A DNA stretch of 64,000 nucleotides from IMG/VR virus record IMGVR_UViG_3300031132_000002. One strand, given 5' to 3'. Origin of the DNA: a virus. Below the pieces are notes generated by a model. That model was not told the origin of the DNA, did no database searches, and was given only the letters and a program-made list of their open reading frames with translations. The translations under genes and the position numbers were made by a program. Each line of letters opens with the position of its first letter. Position 1 is the stretch's first letter. Positions 35,925 to 46,212 of the stretch are shown piece by piece.

Positions 35925-37408
35925 TGGCAGATTATGGTTTAACTGACGCAGGGTTTGTAATTCCTACGTTTGACGATATCTTAGATCGTTATGTAACAGC
36001 ACTACAAAATACTTTCGGAAGTGATGTAGCCACATCAGAAGATACTGTCTTCGGTCAGTTATTCCGTATTGTAGCCTACACAGACTACACCCTTTGGGAA
36101 GGAATGCAAGGAGTCTACAACTCCCAAACCCTGAACGGTGCAGAAGGTACATACTTGGATGACCTGTTCGCTAAGCGTGGCTTGACTCGTCAATCAGCTA
36201 CAGCAGGTAGTGGCTTTGTTTATGTCAAGTCAACAAGCAAGGCATTGTGGACTGCATCTTTGGACACAGACACATATTTTACCGCAGATAATGATCTATC
36301 ATACTACGTCTCAAGTAAGACTCTGCTCAATGCTTCCATTGCAGCATACACTCTTACTAAAGCACAAGCTACCAGTGCAGCAGATCAAGTTACGTTCTAC
36401 ATTCAAAACACTCTGGATGGTGGTTTAAACTCCATCACTCTTACATCATCGTCTAACACATTTATGTCTGACCTGGTTACTTTTATTCAGGCTAACGTAG
36501 CATCAGCGGATAAGAGCCTTGTCAGTACTAAAGATGGCGTTTTGTATGTGGGTTTCAATACCGCAGACTACACCAATCCTGTAGGGCTGTCAACTGCAAC
36601 TAAGTTCTATGCTACAGTAAGTATTGGTACAAAGTGGAGCCTGATTCCAGTAGCTGCCTCTGAAAAAGGATATAATCCAGTAAGTACAGGCGGTATTACG
36701 GGTATCTCATCTACTTTCACCGGATACTCTGCGACAGGTAACTTCACTGCTTTCAGCACTGGTACGGATGTTGAGACAGATGCTGAATTCCGTTCTCGCT
36801 TCAATGATAACCAAGACGAAGCAAACGCTGCCACACGTCCGGCTATTATTTCGGCTCTGCTGAACGTTCCTGGCGTGACAAAGGTTAGAGTATATGACAA
36901 CCCTACTTCTGTAGATCAGAACTACGCTCCAGCATTCACCTTCAACACAATCGTGTACGGTGGAGATGCAGAGACAGTGGCGCGTACCATCTACGAGAAG
37001 AAGCCAATCAACACTCTTACTTATGGTACTGTTGCAACGACAATTACCACAGAAGACGGTGGAAGTGAGATCATCAAGTTCACTCCAGGAAGTACCCGAG
37101 AGTACTCAGTAAAACTGGTTTACACTACAGCCTCAGGGAAAGTACTTACCACAACAGAGAAAGCTAACATTACCACAGCACTACGTGATTTGGAAGCATA
37201 CTTTGAGATTGGTAGTAAAGTAACTAATGATCAGATGAAAGGTGTTATTTACAACGCACTGGATTTTGGACGCTTGACTTACCTTGCTGTTTATGTTAAA
37301 CTAAGTAGTGAAGATGATGGAAGTTACAATAATGGTGACATTGAACCAGCATATAGCGTTGTACCATCTTTTGACACGAGTAACATCTCATACGAATACA
37401 AGGACTAA
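35924..37408 (+). CDS. baseplate J-like wedge protein
   Basis: YGLTDAGF, AEGTYLD, GTDVETDAEFRSR and VPGV motifs. Confidence 0.85.
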   Translation: MADYGLTDAGFVIPTFDDILDRYVTALQNTFGSDVATSEDTVFGQLFRIVAYTDYTLWEGMQGVYNSQTLNGAEGTYLDDLFAKRGLTRQSATAGSGFVYVKSTSKALWTASLDTDTYFTADNDLSYYVSSKTLLNASIAAYTLTKAQATSAADQVTFYIQNTLDGGLNSITLTSSSNTFMSDLVTFIQANVASADKSLVSTKDGVLYVGFNTADYTNPVGLSTATKFYATVSIGTKWSLIPVAASEKGYNPVSTGGITGISSTFTGYSATGNFTAFSTGTDVETDAEFRSRFNDNQDEANAATRPAIISALLNVPGVTKVRVYDNPTSVDQNYAPAFTFNTIVYGGDAETVARTIYEKKPINTLTYGTVATTITTEDGGSEIIKFTPGSTREYSVKLVYTTASGKVLTTTEKANITTALRDLEAYFEIGSKVTNDQMKGVIYNALDFGRLTYLAVYVKLSSEDDGSYNNGDIEPAYSVVPSFDTSNISYEYKD

Positions 37409-37410
37409 AA

Positions 37411-38058
37411 ATGACTACCAATGTTGACCACGTAACTGTGTGGACGGACATTGTAGCTGACGTTAAAGATTTGCTTATTGAGGATTTTAAGTCATCTGAG
37501 AATATTGTCAAGTTAACTTACATTATTTCAGAGTCTAAGGCAAAGATAGATCAGGCAATGATCTATCTAGCCAAGCATCGACTTATTAGCACTGCCTCTG
37601 GAGCTTACCTCGACGAACTAGGGAAACAGTTAGGTGTTGACAGACAAGACTCAAATGACGATGAATATCGTGCTGTATTGCAAATCAGAGCATACCGCGT
37701 AACATCTGCTGGTAGTCGTCCTAACATTATTGAAGTTTTCTCGCGTTTCACAGGTTTGGAATCCACAGAAGTAAATACTTATGTAGGCTTACAAAAGTCC
37801 TTTGATATTGCTTTCTATAGTAGCTGTTTAAACGAGTCAGTTGCAGTAGAAGAACTAGAAAAGCTATTCCCTGTTGTATCATCTTATAGACTTTTAAGCA
37901 AGGGTGGTACTCCGTTTATTTTCGGTAGTGTTTACGATGACACAGATATGAGTCCAGACGGCGATAACGGGTTTGGTTCAATCACAGATAGTCAGAGCAA
38001 AGACTTCGCCGCAGGATATGGTGGAAGATTAGCTTCCCTATTAGCCGCCACTAAGTGA
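37411..38058 (+). CDS. baseplate wedge protein
   Basis: TASGAYLDELGKQLGVDR...DDEYR. Confidence 0.75.
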   Translation: MTTNVDHVTVWTDIVADVKDLLIEDFKSSENIVKLTYIISESKAKIDQAMIYLAKHRLISTASGAYLDELGKQLGVDRQDSNDDEYRAVLQIRAYRVTSAGSRPNIIEVFSRFTGLESTEVNTYVGLQKSFDIAFYSSCLNESVAVEELEKLFPVVSSYRLLSKGGTPFIFGSVYDDTDMSPDGDNGFGSITDSQSKDFAAGYGGRLASLLAATK

Positions 38059-38067
38059 GGATTTTAA

Positions 38068-39012
38068 ATGGCTGCACCAACTTATTACCCAATCTGGGCT
38101 GAGCAAGATCAAAACCTGCCAGCTACAGGTGAGCCAAATAAGGATAGACCTAAGACAACCCTCCGCACAATTGGTTGGGATAAAGGTCAGATTCCTTCGG
38201 CAGAAGAAATGAACTGGATGTTAAATAACGTCTACCTTTGGATTAAATATTTCGACTCAGAACTTATTCCAGTTGGTTTGCGTAATGATAACACAAAGAT
38301 TACATTAGCTGGAGAAGTCACAGGTACTGCTACTTTTAGTGGAACCAATGAACTCTCTATTACAACTACAGTTGCCGCTTCTAGCGTTGCAACAACTGCA
38401 AATACCTTGGTACGCAGAAATTCAGATCAATCGATCCGTGCAGGAGATATTTACTCATACGCAACAAGTTCATCTGATAGTGCCAGCTACTTCTTAGTTG
38501 ATCCTAGTGGAGTAGAGTACGGAGAGATGAGCGCCGCGCCAGGTGCAGCAGGGGCAGTATTCATCCTTAGTAAAAACCCTGTTAACGGTGCAGTAGTATC
38601 TTCTATTTATTTGCAGTCAGGATACATCACTCTGACCTCTCCTCGTAGTTCTACTGGACAAGAGACAACGGGGGCTGCGCTGGTGCGTTATGATACTTTC
38701 AGTGCTAACGTATCTAACTTGCAGAATAGCATCAATACTGTAAACTCAAACCTGACAAACTCCATTAACACAAATGTTAATAACTTGAGTGCTGCTATAA
38801 ACCAGCTTAGAAGCGATGTAGCAAGAACCTATGTTACTAACATCCGTCTTGTTAATAGGGCAGGTTGGGAAGTTGGGGGAGATGCTTATGAGTATGCTAA
38901 CGGTTATGTCGTAACTACAGGGGGAGACTTCGGTGCCTCAAACGGTTACTATCTTGGACGTCAGTTACAGTACCAAATTAACGGCAACTGGTACACAGCA
39001 AACTACGGATAA
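38068..39012 (+). CDS. tail fibre protein
   Basis: GWDKGQIPSAEEMNW N-terminus; RQLQYQINGNWYT C-terminus. Confidence 0.8.
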   Translation: MAAPTYYPIWAEQDQNLPATGEPNKDRPKTTLRTIGWDKGQIPSAEEMNWMLNNVYLWIKYFDSELIPVGLRNDNTKITLAGEVTGTATFSGTNELSITTTVAASSVATTANTLVRRNSDQSIRAGDIYSYATSSSDSASYFLVDPSGVEYGEMSAAPGAAGAVFILSKNPVNGAVVSSIYLQSGYITLTSPRSSTGQETTGAALVRYDTFSANVSNLQNSINTVNSNLTNSINTNVNNLSAAINQLRSDVARTYVTNIRLVNRAGWEVGGDAYEYANGYVVTTGGDFGASNGYYLGRQLQYQINGNWYTANYG

Positions 39013-39014
39013 TT

Positions 39015-39443
39015 ATGCATAAGAATTTCCAAAAGTACATTCCAGAAGACCCCTTTTTAAGGGGTTTATCTACTGATCATAACATTGCATTTCTTCGTGA
39101 TGAAGATGGTGTTGATTATTATGACTTAGCTAAGACACTGGACACTACTAAATATACAGTAATGCTGTGCAAGAACAATATTGTGCGCAGTTACGATAAA
39201 GACCCTAATGTTATTTTTCCAATTCCAGAAGGTCATCTGTTACAAGTGGATGATTTAAATAACATTGATTATTTATCAAAGTATGACCCAGAAACAAAAA
39301 CGTTTTCACCTTTCGTCCCTAAGCCTTCTCTGGATAAACTACTCAGTCAACTTAAAGTTGCGGAGATCAAGAAGGAGTTAGGGGATTCCTCAGTTGACCA
39401 AGAGATTACATCTCTTAAGAGACAGATTGTAGATATTTCATAA
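39015..39443 (+). CDS. tail fibre assembly chaperone
   Basis: FLRDEDGVDYY motif; follows the fibre gene. Confidence 0.72.
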   Translation: MHKNFQKYIPEDPFLRGLSTDHNIAFLRDEDGVDYYDLAKTLDTTKYTVMLCKNNIVRSYDKDPNVIFPIPEGHLLQVDDLNNIDYLSKYDPETKTFSPFVPKPSLDKLLSQLKVAEIKKELGDSSVDQEITSLKRQIVDIS

Positions 39444-39453
39444 GGAGATTGTA

Positions 39454-39792
39454 ATGAACTGGAGCGACATTTGGGGCATTGCAAAAGACGCAATAATTCC
39501 TCTCGTAGGGATTATCGGGGCTTTCTTTAAGCAAAAGATTGACAAACTTGAAGAAGATATTGAAGAGTCCCAACAATCATACAGAGAGTTAGAGAAGAAA
39601 GTTGTATTTGTCGAATCTACTTATGCTACTAAAGCTGAGCTGACACAAATGTTGAACCAGATTAACTCAACCCTGATGAACAACAACACGACATTGGAGC
39701 AGAAAATCGAAAAGATTATGGATCTTAAGAATGCACCAATCAAACTTATGCTTGAAGAAGTTTATAAGCGCCAACGTACTAAGGATAATTAA
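39454..39792 (+). CDS. membrane-anchored coiled-coil protein (holin/antiholin candidate)
   Basis: One N-terminal transmembrane segment followed by a coiled coil. Confidence 0.5.
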   Translation: MNWSDIWGIAKDAIIPLVGIIGAFFKQKIDKLEEDIEESQQSYRELEKKVVFVESTYATKAELTQMLNQINSTLMNNNTTLEQKIEKIMDLKNAPIKLMLEEVYKRQRTKDN

Positions 39793-42368
39793 TGGCTACT
39801 AACTTTCCAACATATCCGTCAACTACATTTGAGCAAGCCGTTGAGCTTGCCATCTTCTCGGCAAACCAATTGCATAACGTTATCAACGGAGATGCAACGT
39901 CTACCGTAGAAAGTGAAGACGGTGACATTCCATCGCTGAGATATGCGCTGGTAAACAACTTCTACTTCCGTTCACCTATTGCTTGGTCGGAAGGAAACAC
40001 TGCTGTAGTATTCAACCAGTTGTATTACTTCACGTCATTAAATGATCGTGTATCTGGACTATACTACGCCCCGTCAGCAACTGCAACAAACCCGATCACT
40101 TTAGGATCTAGCCCTATTGGAGATCCTAATTTTGTAATATACACTGCTACTGCAAATATCAAGCCTCTTCCTTTCACGAAAGATAAAGAGATTTCTGCCT
40201 ACGGTCGTATCTATTACAAAACCAATGACAGAGGAATCGATAGCTCTTACGCCTATATCGGTACAGCTATCCCTTATGTTACTACAGCAGACTCACCAGA
40301 AGCAGACCAGAGCGGTGTATGGTCAGCATCAAACCCTACAGGTATCTGGTTGAAACTAGGGGAAGCAAACTCATACGATCTATTCTCTGCTAAAGATGGT
40401 GAGAAATACATTGGTAGCGCAGCGAACATTTCTGATTTACGTACTATTGAGCCTACTGTCCAAGGTCAACGTGTTTGGCTGAGAGAGTATGCCTCTAACA
40501 CAGGCCGTGGTCAAGGATATTTCATCTATAATGCTAACGACACTACATCCGTAGATGACGCTGGATACATTGTAGTGACCGCAGGTGGTAAGCGTTGGAA
40601 ACGTGACCTTGAACCAGAACAACTGCTTGTAACGCATTACGGTGCGCTTATGGATGGTACAACAGATGATATGCCCGCCTGTAAGAGAATGTACACAGGT
40701 ACAAGGAACTTAGGCTCAGCTAACGCCATTGGTATTCGTCTGCCAGCAGGTAAGATTGCTCTAAAAAGTACATTCAACGAAAGTGGATCTACAGAGCAGC
40801 CAATCTTCTCTATTAAAGGGCCAGCAGTTGATTACGGGGTTAACCCTAAAGTTCAGGTTTACTTCTTGGACAAGACTTCAACTACACCTGTGTTCCAGGT
40901 GAATGCTCGTCGTACAGAGGTTACTGGTTTGCACCTTCAAGGGGCTGGAACTACAACTCCATTCTTCAAGAACGTGTGTCCGGCAGGTCAGTATTACCGT
41001 GTTAAGAACATCCGTTGTAACAGTACAGGTGGAATGGTATTTGAACTTCTTGATACCATTGATACAGCCTTCGAGCAAATTTATTGCTACAGCATTACGG
41101 GCGGCTTCCTTCGTGCGGGATGGACTAACACCAAAACTGGTGCTTGGGATCACTCAACAGCGATTGAAATCTCTAACTCAAACTTCTCAAGTGGGAAGAA
41201 AATCGAAGCTATTACAGCGATTCGTGCTGGTCAGTGTATTATGCGTAATACTTGGTTCAGTAATAACGAATACACCTTTGATATTTCTCAGGGTGGTTGG
41301 CTGTTTGATACGGTAATTATGGAGAACTCAACTTACCCAGGTAAGACTAAGTACTCTAAAATCATCCAGATCAACTGTCGTTTCGCTCAGGGTGCTACTA
41401 TGGATGATACATTATCTGGTTACACTAAAGATATGGATCTTGTCAATGGTGGTAGTGGTAACATTCCTTCTTGGGTAGGTAACAGTTATGACCAAGGTAA
41501 GGTACGTATCAACCTATTAGGTAGTTACTTCGACGGGCCATTAGCCGCAAGATTTACGTATACCGAGCAGTACCTGGATAACGGAAATAGCGCAGCAACT
41601 TGGTTTGACTTAGGGAAGATTACTCTGCAAGGACTAGGTAGAACAGCACATATCAAAGTAACAGGTATGCGTGGTTGGGATTCAGTGAGTGACGGGCCTA
41701 AGATGCCAGCACACACAGCCTTCGGTGGTGGTGAAGCCAATATCTACTTCGAGCTTAAGTACCCTAATAGTTCAGGAACTACTGCGGGTCAGTTACACTG
41801 GCACGGTACAGATGGTTGTCCTGTAACCGCAGTTAAATATGTTCATACTTGGCAGAGCATCCAGCTTTATGTACAGCTTGCGCCATACGCTCTCCACGCT
41901 TCGGTCTTTATGACTCTGAACGGTACTGTACGTATCGCAACGGGGAACCCAGCATACACTGTATGGTCAGGGGCAGAGATCTCAGAAGCAGAGTTGAATG
42001 CAAAGACGAACATTACTACTGCACCTTGCAGATGGTCAATCAACAAAGGGGATTATAACGGTAACGGATTCGGTATGGATATTGATGCTGGTATGCTACA
42101 GTACCACGGTGCCACTACCGCAGAAGCTGCTGCTACCTCATTACCAATCTACATTAACGGTTCACAGTATAACATTCCACTGAACCCACTAACATCTTCT
42201 ATGCGTATCCCACGATACACAGTAGACACTATGCCTTCTCCATCGGCTAACGTGTACGGAATTGTGCTTTGTACGAACACGATTCTTTCTCCTGCTGCAC
42301 AGTTGATGTATAGCGATGGAACCAGATGGTTTGCCACAAGCGGAAACGCAAACTGGAAAACTGCATAA
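39792..42368 (+). CDS. tailspike / exopolysaccharide depolymerase
   Basis: Virion-binding N-terminus; YGALMDGTTDD beta-helix cap motif; 858 aa. Confidence 0.8.
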   Translation: MATNFPTYPSTTFEQAVELAIFSANQLHNVINGDATSTVESEDGDIPSLRYALVNNFYFRSPIAWSEGNTAVVFNQLYYFTSLNDRVSGLYYAPSATATNPITLGSSPIGDPNFVIYTATANIKPLPFTKDKEISAYGRIYYKTNDRGIDSSYAYIGTAIPYVTTADSPEADQSGVWSASNPTGIWLKLGEANSYDLFSAKDGEKYIGSAANISDLRTIEPTVQGQRVWLREYASNTGRGQGYFIYNANDTTSVDDAGYIVVTAGGKRWKRDLEPEQLLVTHYGALMDGTTDDMPACKRMYTGTRNLGSANAIGIRLPAGKIALKSTFNESGSTEQPIFSIKGPAVDYGVNPKVQVYFLDKTSTTPVFQVNARRTEVTGLHLQGAGTTTPFFKNVCPAGQYYRVKNIRCNSTGGMVFELLDTIDTAFEQIYCYSITGGFLRAGWTNTKTGAWDHSTAIEISNSNFSSGKKIEAITAIRAGQCIMRNTWFSNNEYTFDISQGGWLFDTVIMENSTYPGKTKYSKIIQINCRFAQGATMDDTLSGYTKDMDLVNGGSGNIPSWVGNSYDQGKVRINLLGSYFDGPLAARFTYTEQYLDNGNSAATWFDLGKITLQGLGRTAHIKVTGMRGWDSVSDGPKMPAHTAFGGGEANIYFELKYPNSSGTTAGQLHWHGTDGCPVTAVKYVHTWQSIQLYVQLAPYALHASVFMTLNGTVRIATGNPAYTVWSGAEISEAELNAKTNITTAPCRWSINKGDYNGNGFGMDIDAGMLQYHGATTAEAAATSLPIYINGSQYNIPLNPLTSSMRIPRYTVDTMPSPSANVYGIVLCTNTILSPAAQLMYSDGTRWFATSGNANWKTA

Positions 42369-42369
42369 T

Positions 42370-42397
42370 AAAAAAGGAGCCGAAAGGCTCCTTTATT
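42370..42397. terminator. bidirectional terminator at convergence point
   Basis: A-run, GGAGCC-GAAA-GGCTCC, T-run. Confidence 0.8.
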
Positions 42398-42400
42398 TGT

Positions 42401-42820
42401 TTATACGATATACAAACCTAAACTCTCTTTATTGAATAGAGGTTCGTTTGTTTTGATTTCGGACAAGGATTCAAGTTCCTTGATATTTTTGCTGATCTTA
42501 ATCTGCTGAGCAGCGATCTCGCCGTTTGCTTTGCTGATGCCTTCTGCCAGAACGTCACGCTGATATTCAACATCACGGAAACCGTTGAATTTGATACTCT
42601 GGAGAGACCGACCATCCTCACCCAAGACACGTTCGATCTTGAAGCAGGAGAACGGATGCATATCTTCACGGATAATACGACTACCGTTACTCACCTGGCG
42701 CAAGCCAGACATTTCTTCGATATCTTTCATCGTGATATAGTCAGAAACACCTGTCTCTACATTCAGGCCCAGAGCCTGCAATGCCACCATAGTTTCCTTC
42801 ACGCGATTAATCTTAGCCAT
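42401..42820 (-). CDS. hypothetical protein
   Basis: AGGAGA RBS; TTGACG-17-TAATAT promoter; start MAKINRV. Confidence 0.7.
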   Translation of the reverse strand: MAKINRVKETMVALQALGLNVETGVSDYITMKDIEEMSGLRQVSNGSRIIREDMHPFSCFKIERVLGEDGRSLQSIKFNGFRDVEYQRDVLAEGISKANGEIAAQQIKISKNIKELESLSEIKTNEPLFNKESLGLYIV

Positions 42821-42963
42821 CTTTCTTCTCCTCTTTTGATTTAAGCAGTATTGCTTCTTGTTGAAATGAATATTACAGCAGTCTTTAGTATGCGTCAACA
42901 TTTATTTTAGACAAAAGAAAAGGAGCCTTTCGGCTCCCTTATTTCCCTTTATAAATCAGCGAC

Positions 42964-43887
42964 TTAGAAGGGGATATCATCATCGAAATCTACTGGAGCG
43001 TCTGGAGTCGGCTCAGGATCTTTCGGAGTAGAAGCTGGTTTATCAGCTTTTGGTTTAGCTTCGATCTTAGCCGGAGCTTTTGCTTCTGAGTTTGCACCTT
43101 TGATAACAGCCAGAACTTCATCACTCACTGCTAGGATAGGCTTAGCAGCCTCAATCAGACTAGCAACAGTAACTTCACCTTTTGCATCACGGCAAGCATT
43201 CAGAACAGCGTGACCAACAGAAGCGCCAGTATCGTAGTCAGAAATATCGACACCACGTTGCAGAGCAACCTCGGTTTTCATCTGGACAGTTGCTTCGTGA
43301 ACCAGCTTAGCCAGGTCAACAGCACTACCAGAGACGCCATTGCGTTGCAGGTATAAAGCGCCGTTTACAGCGTGACCTGCTTCCATACCTGAGTTGTCTT
43401 TCTTCCAAGTGCCTTTACCCGCAGCCTGACCGTTTCCTGCTGGCTTGTTAGAGGCTGGAGCCTGCTGAACACCATCAACAGATAGTACGCTGATCTTGCC
43501 TTTAGATGAGTTGTAATAGGTCTTACCCTGCCACTCACTTACTTTCAGATCCAGAGCTACTTCAACACCACGTTCAATAGTTACCCAACGCTCAGGTGCA
43601 TCACCTACGGCTGCTTTAACCTGTAGATTCTCGTGTTCTGGGTGCAGTTTTACTTCACCTAATCCAATCCACTGACCCGCATCTTCACGAGAAGCACCTT
43701 TCTCTTTCAGGAGAATAGAAGCTTTGTGTGTTGACTCAATTTTCTTGTCTGGCTGACCCGCTACTTTAATGTAGGAAGTTTTCATTTCAGGGAATTTGTC
43801 CAGTTTGACAAACTCAACCACGCCTTCTGCGAAAAATACTTCTTTCTTAGTGCGACGGTCGATTTCTGATTTGATTACTGCTGACAT
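42964..43887 (-). CDS. single-stranded DNA-binding protein
   Basis: Acidic C-terminus PVDFDDDIPF; replication region. Confidence 0.72.
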   Translation of the reverse strand: MSAVIKSEIDRRTKKEVFFAEGVVEFVKLDKFPEMKTSYIKVAGQPDKKIESTHKASILLKEKGASREDAGQWIGLGEVKLHPEHENLQVKAAVGDAPERWVTIERGVEVALDLKVSEWQGKTYYNSSKGKISVLSVDGVQQAPASNKPAGNGQAAGKGTWKKDNSGMEAGHAVNGALYLQRNGVSGSAVDLAKLVHEATVQMKTEVALQRGVDISDYDTGASVGHAVLNACRDAKGEVTVASLIEAAKPILAVSDEVLAVIKGANSEAKAPAKIEAKPKADKPASTPKDPEPTPDAPVDFDDDIPF

Positions 43888-43914
43888 ATGTATATCTCCT
43901 ATATGAGTTCTTAT

Positions 43915-44322
43915 TTAATGTAATGTTTCTGCTGCAAACGTTCTCAAACGTAACGCTGCATCCTTGGGAACAAGGAATTTATTTCCTGAGAAATCCATCC
44001 CTAATTCACCTGTAGGTAAGTGAACAAAGTTAAAGTATTCACTCCCTAATACGATTCTTCTACCAGTGTTCTTGTTATCAATAACCTCTAATATGTGGTC
44101 TTGAAAACGTCTGAACTCCCGCAGATCGACAGTGAAGGATGTAGTCTCTTTCTTACCAACAAAAGTGTTAATCTCAACCACTGTCTTTTCGTTATGAAAA
44201 CGCTTGACCTTCAAGTAGAACCTGTTGTTCATCATAGTATCTTCACTGAGATAGATTTCGGATGCTTCTTCAAAGAAGTTTGTTCTTACCTTAACGAGAG
44301 GTCTTTTTAAAGCTGTTGTCAT
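43915..44322 (-). CDS. hypothetical protein
   Basis: TTGACA-17-TATAGT promoter upstream. Confidence 0.65.
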   Translation of the reverse strand: MTTALKRPLVKVRTNFFEEASEIYLSEDTMMNNRFYLKVKRFHNEKTVVEINTFVGKKETTSFTVDLREFRRFQDHILEVIDNKNTGRRIVLGSEYFNFVHLPTGELGMDFSGNKFLVPKDAALRLRTFAAETLH

Positions 44323-44362
44323 TTCGAATCCTTACTATATCAAAATACTGTTATCGTGTCAA

Positions 44363-44983
44363 CTAAAAGTTGAAAACATCTGGACTTTCTTTACCATCTC
44401 GCTCGAAAGAGTCAAAGCCTAAGTCAGCAGATACCTTCACTTCCACAAAAGAAGGACGCACTTTAACAAACTTAGCAAAGGTGTAGCCAGGGAACTTACC
44501 TGCAATTTTCTGAACGTGCTTTGTGTTCTCGTCTACATCATCAGACAAGATGATCACCTTATCCAGAAGAGTTTTCATAAACTTCGGAGAAGGGTGATAC
44601 TGACCATCATAATAAATCTCGCAGATGCTACAGCTAAAATGACCAGTGTACGGGAAGGCACAGTACTCATCCATAAACATAATGTTGAACGTCTTACCTT
44701 CGTAATCGAATTCAAATACTGCCAACAGATCTGAGATACCTTCATAGTCCTCGTCTACGGCACTCATAGAGCGTACACGGTTGAACCCGAGCAAAGATAT
44801 TGCTGCTTGTCGCAGAGGGTCAGAGGATAGCTCAGGGGCTTTCAGATAGATATCGATATCAGAACACTCCTTACCCATCCACCAATCACGAGGCGCACCG
44901 CCTGCAATAATAGCATTAGGATCAATCTTCTTAATGCGTTCCAGTACTTCTTCACCTAAACGCTTTTCATTATGACGATTCAT
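44363..44983 (-). CDS. nucleotidyltransferase (CCA-adding/poly(A) polymerase head-like)
   Basis: IAGGAPRD...DIDIY motif. Confidence 0.8.
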   Translation of the reverse strand: MNRHNEKRLGEEVLERIKKIDPNAIIAGGAPRDWWMGKECSDIDIYLKAPELSSDPLRQAAISLLGFNRVRSMSAVDEDYEGISDLLAVFEFDYEGKTFNIMFMDEYCAFPYTGHFSCSICEIYYDGQYHPSPKFMKTLLDKVIILSDDVDENTKHVQKIAGKFPGYTFAKFVKVRPSFVEVKVSADLGFDSFERDGKESPDVFNF

Positions 44984-45192
44984 TATTTTACCTCCACAGT
45001 AGTAAAGATTCCATCTTCGTTAAACTCATCTTGGATAAGTTCTACGAAACAACCAGTTAACATCTCAGTCAAGCCTGCCACGATCTCTTCGTGTGTTTCT
45101 CCTGCTGCGATGCGCATATCATAACCTTCTTTCAACTCGGGATTGTCTAAGTCAATTTCAAGATGTGCAATAAGATCTAACTTAACGATCAT
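44983..45192 (-). CDS. hypothetical protein
   Basis: Coupled ORF with AGGAGG RBS. Confidence 0.65.
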   Translation of the reverse strand: MIVKLDLIAHLEIDLDNPELKEGYDMRIAAGETHEEIVAGLTEMLTGCFVELIQDEFNEDGIFTTVEVK

Positions 45193-45374
45193 TTGTCCTC
45201 CTTAGCCAGTAAAGATATAGTGTAGGGATTTTGTAGAACGTAAAAGTCGTAGTACTCATCCCCAATAACAACACGAATGTGTGTACTATCCGATTGCTGT
45301 ACTTGTTGGGCAAATAGGATTGTATGTGTATTGATCAGTATAGTTTCACCTGAGACTCTTGTAAGTAAAATCAT
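45189..45374 (-). CDS. hypothetical protein
   Basis: Coupled ORF. Confidence 0.6.
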   Translation of the reverse strand: MILLTRVSGETILINTHTILFAQQVQQSDSTHIRVVIGDEYYDFYVLQNPYTISLLAKEDK

Positions 45375-45375
45375 A

Positions 45376-45603
45376 TTACCCGATCCTCTGAATTTTCACA
45401 ATGATAATATATAGCTCACATATTTGGCCCATAATCTTCTCCAAGTTATTTGGACTATGAACAACATCATAAACCACGTACTCAACACCTTCTAGTACCA
45501 TACCTTCACCCTTACGAGGCACAGGCGGGGTGTAGAATTTAGATGATCGCTGGTAGTCGATAACAGAATCACCTTCCATATATTGAACTTTCACTGTTGA
45601 CAT
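45376..45603 (-). CDS. hypothetical protein (paralog of next ORF)
   Basis: GGAGG RBS; VPRKGE...V..V.H.P. Confidence 0.65.
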   Translation of the reverse strand: MSTVKVQYMEGDSVIDYQRSSKFYTPPVPRKGEGMVLEGVEYVVYDVVHSPNNLEKIMGQICELYIIIVKIQRIG

Positions 45604-45604
45604 A

Positions 45605-45808
45605 CTACACCTCCATTAGTTCTATGCTGATGATATGCACAGGATCTGCAATGTTAAAATACTTAGTACCAGGATAATGAGAAATACTGGCTACAAAGAA
45701 CTGTCCTTCTGGTAAAAATACCAGTTCATTCTTTCGCGGGATAACTGCATCTTGGTTATCATCGAAGTGGAGAGTTTTACCTTTAAAATCGTAATCAATC
45801 CTCTTCAT
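45605..45808 (-). CDS. hypothetical protein (paralog of previous ORF)
   Basis: Start moved to MKRIDY; IPRKNE...V..I.H.P. Confidence 0.6.
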   Translation of the reverse strand: MKRIDYDFKGKTLHFDDNQDAVIPRKNELVFLPEGQFFVASISHYPGTKYFNIADPVHIISIELMEV

Positions 45809-46091
45809 TTTCTTCCCAGCCCTCTTTAGGATTACCGAAGCGATCAGTCGGTTCATCACAATAACAACCGCAACACTTGCAGCAACCACAAGAATATGTG
45901 TCATCCCAATCGTCTTCATAATCGTCTTGGTCATACTCCGATTGTTCAGAGTCTGTGAGTGTGTACCATTCGTCAGTGAATGCTAGCACTACACGGAAAT
46001 CATCAGATCGACCTTGGAGCATTTCCTCCAGATCTTCACCAAAACACATCACGTCATCAGGCCACAACACTAAATCTTCATTGCCAATCAT
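45795..46091 (-). CDS. acidic protein with Cys cluster
   Basis: GGAGG RBS; CGCCKCCGCYC. Confidence 0.65.
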   Translation of the reverse strand: MIGNEDLVLWPDDVMCFGEDLEEMLQGRSDDFRVVLAFTDEWYTLTDSEQSEYDQDDYEDDWDDTYSCGCCKCCGCYCDEPTDRFGNPKEGWEENEED

Positions 46092-46212
46092 AAAAACCTC
46101 CGTTTAAAGGGCCGAAGCCCTTATTCATCATCTTTAATGTAGAACACGCATCCTATCACAAGAATAGTGAGCATTGCAACATCAAAGATTGTTAACATTG
46201 TCTGTCTATCCA

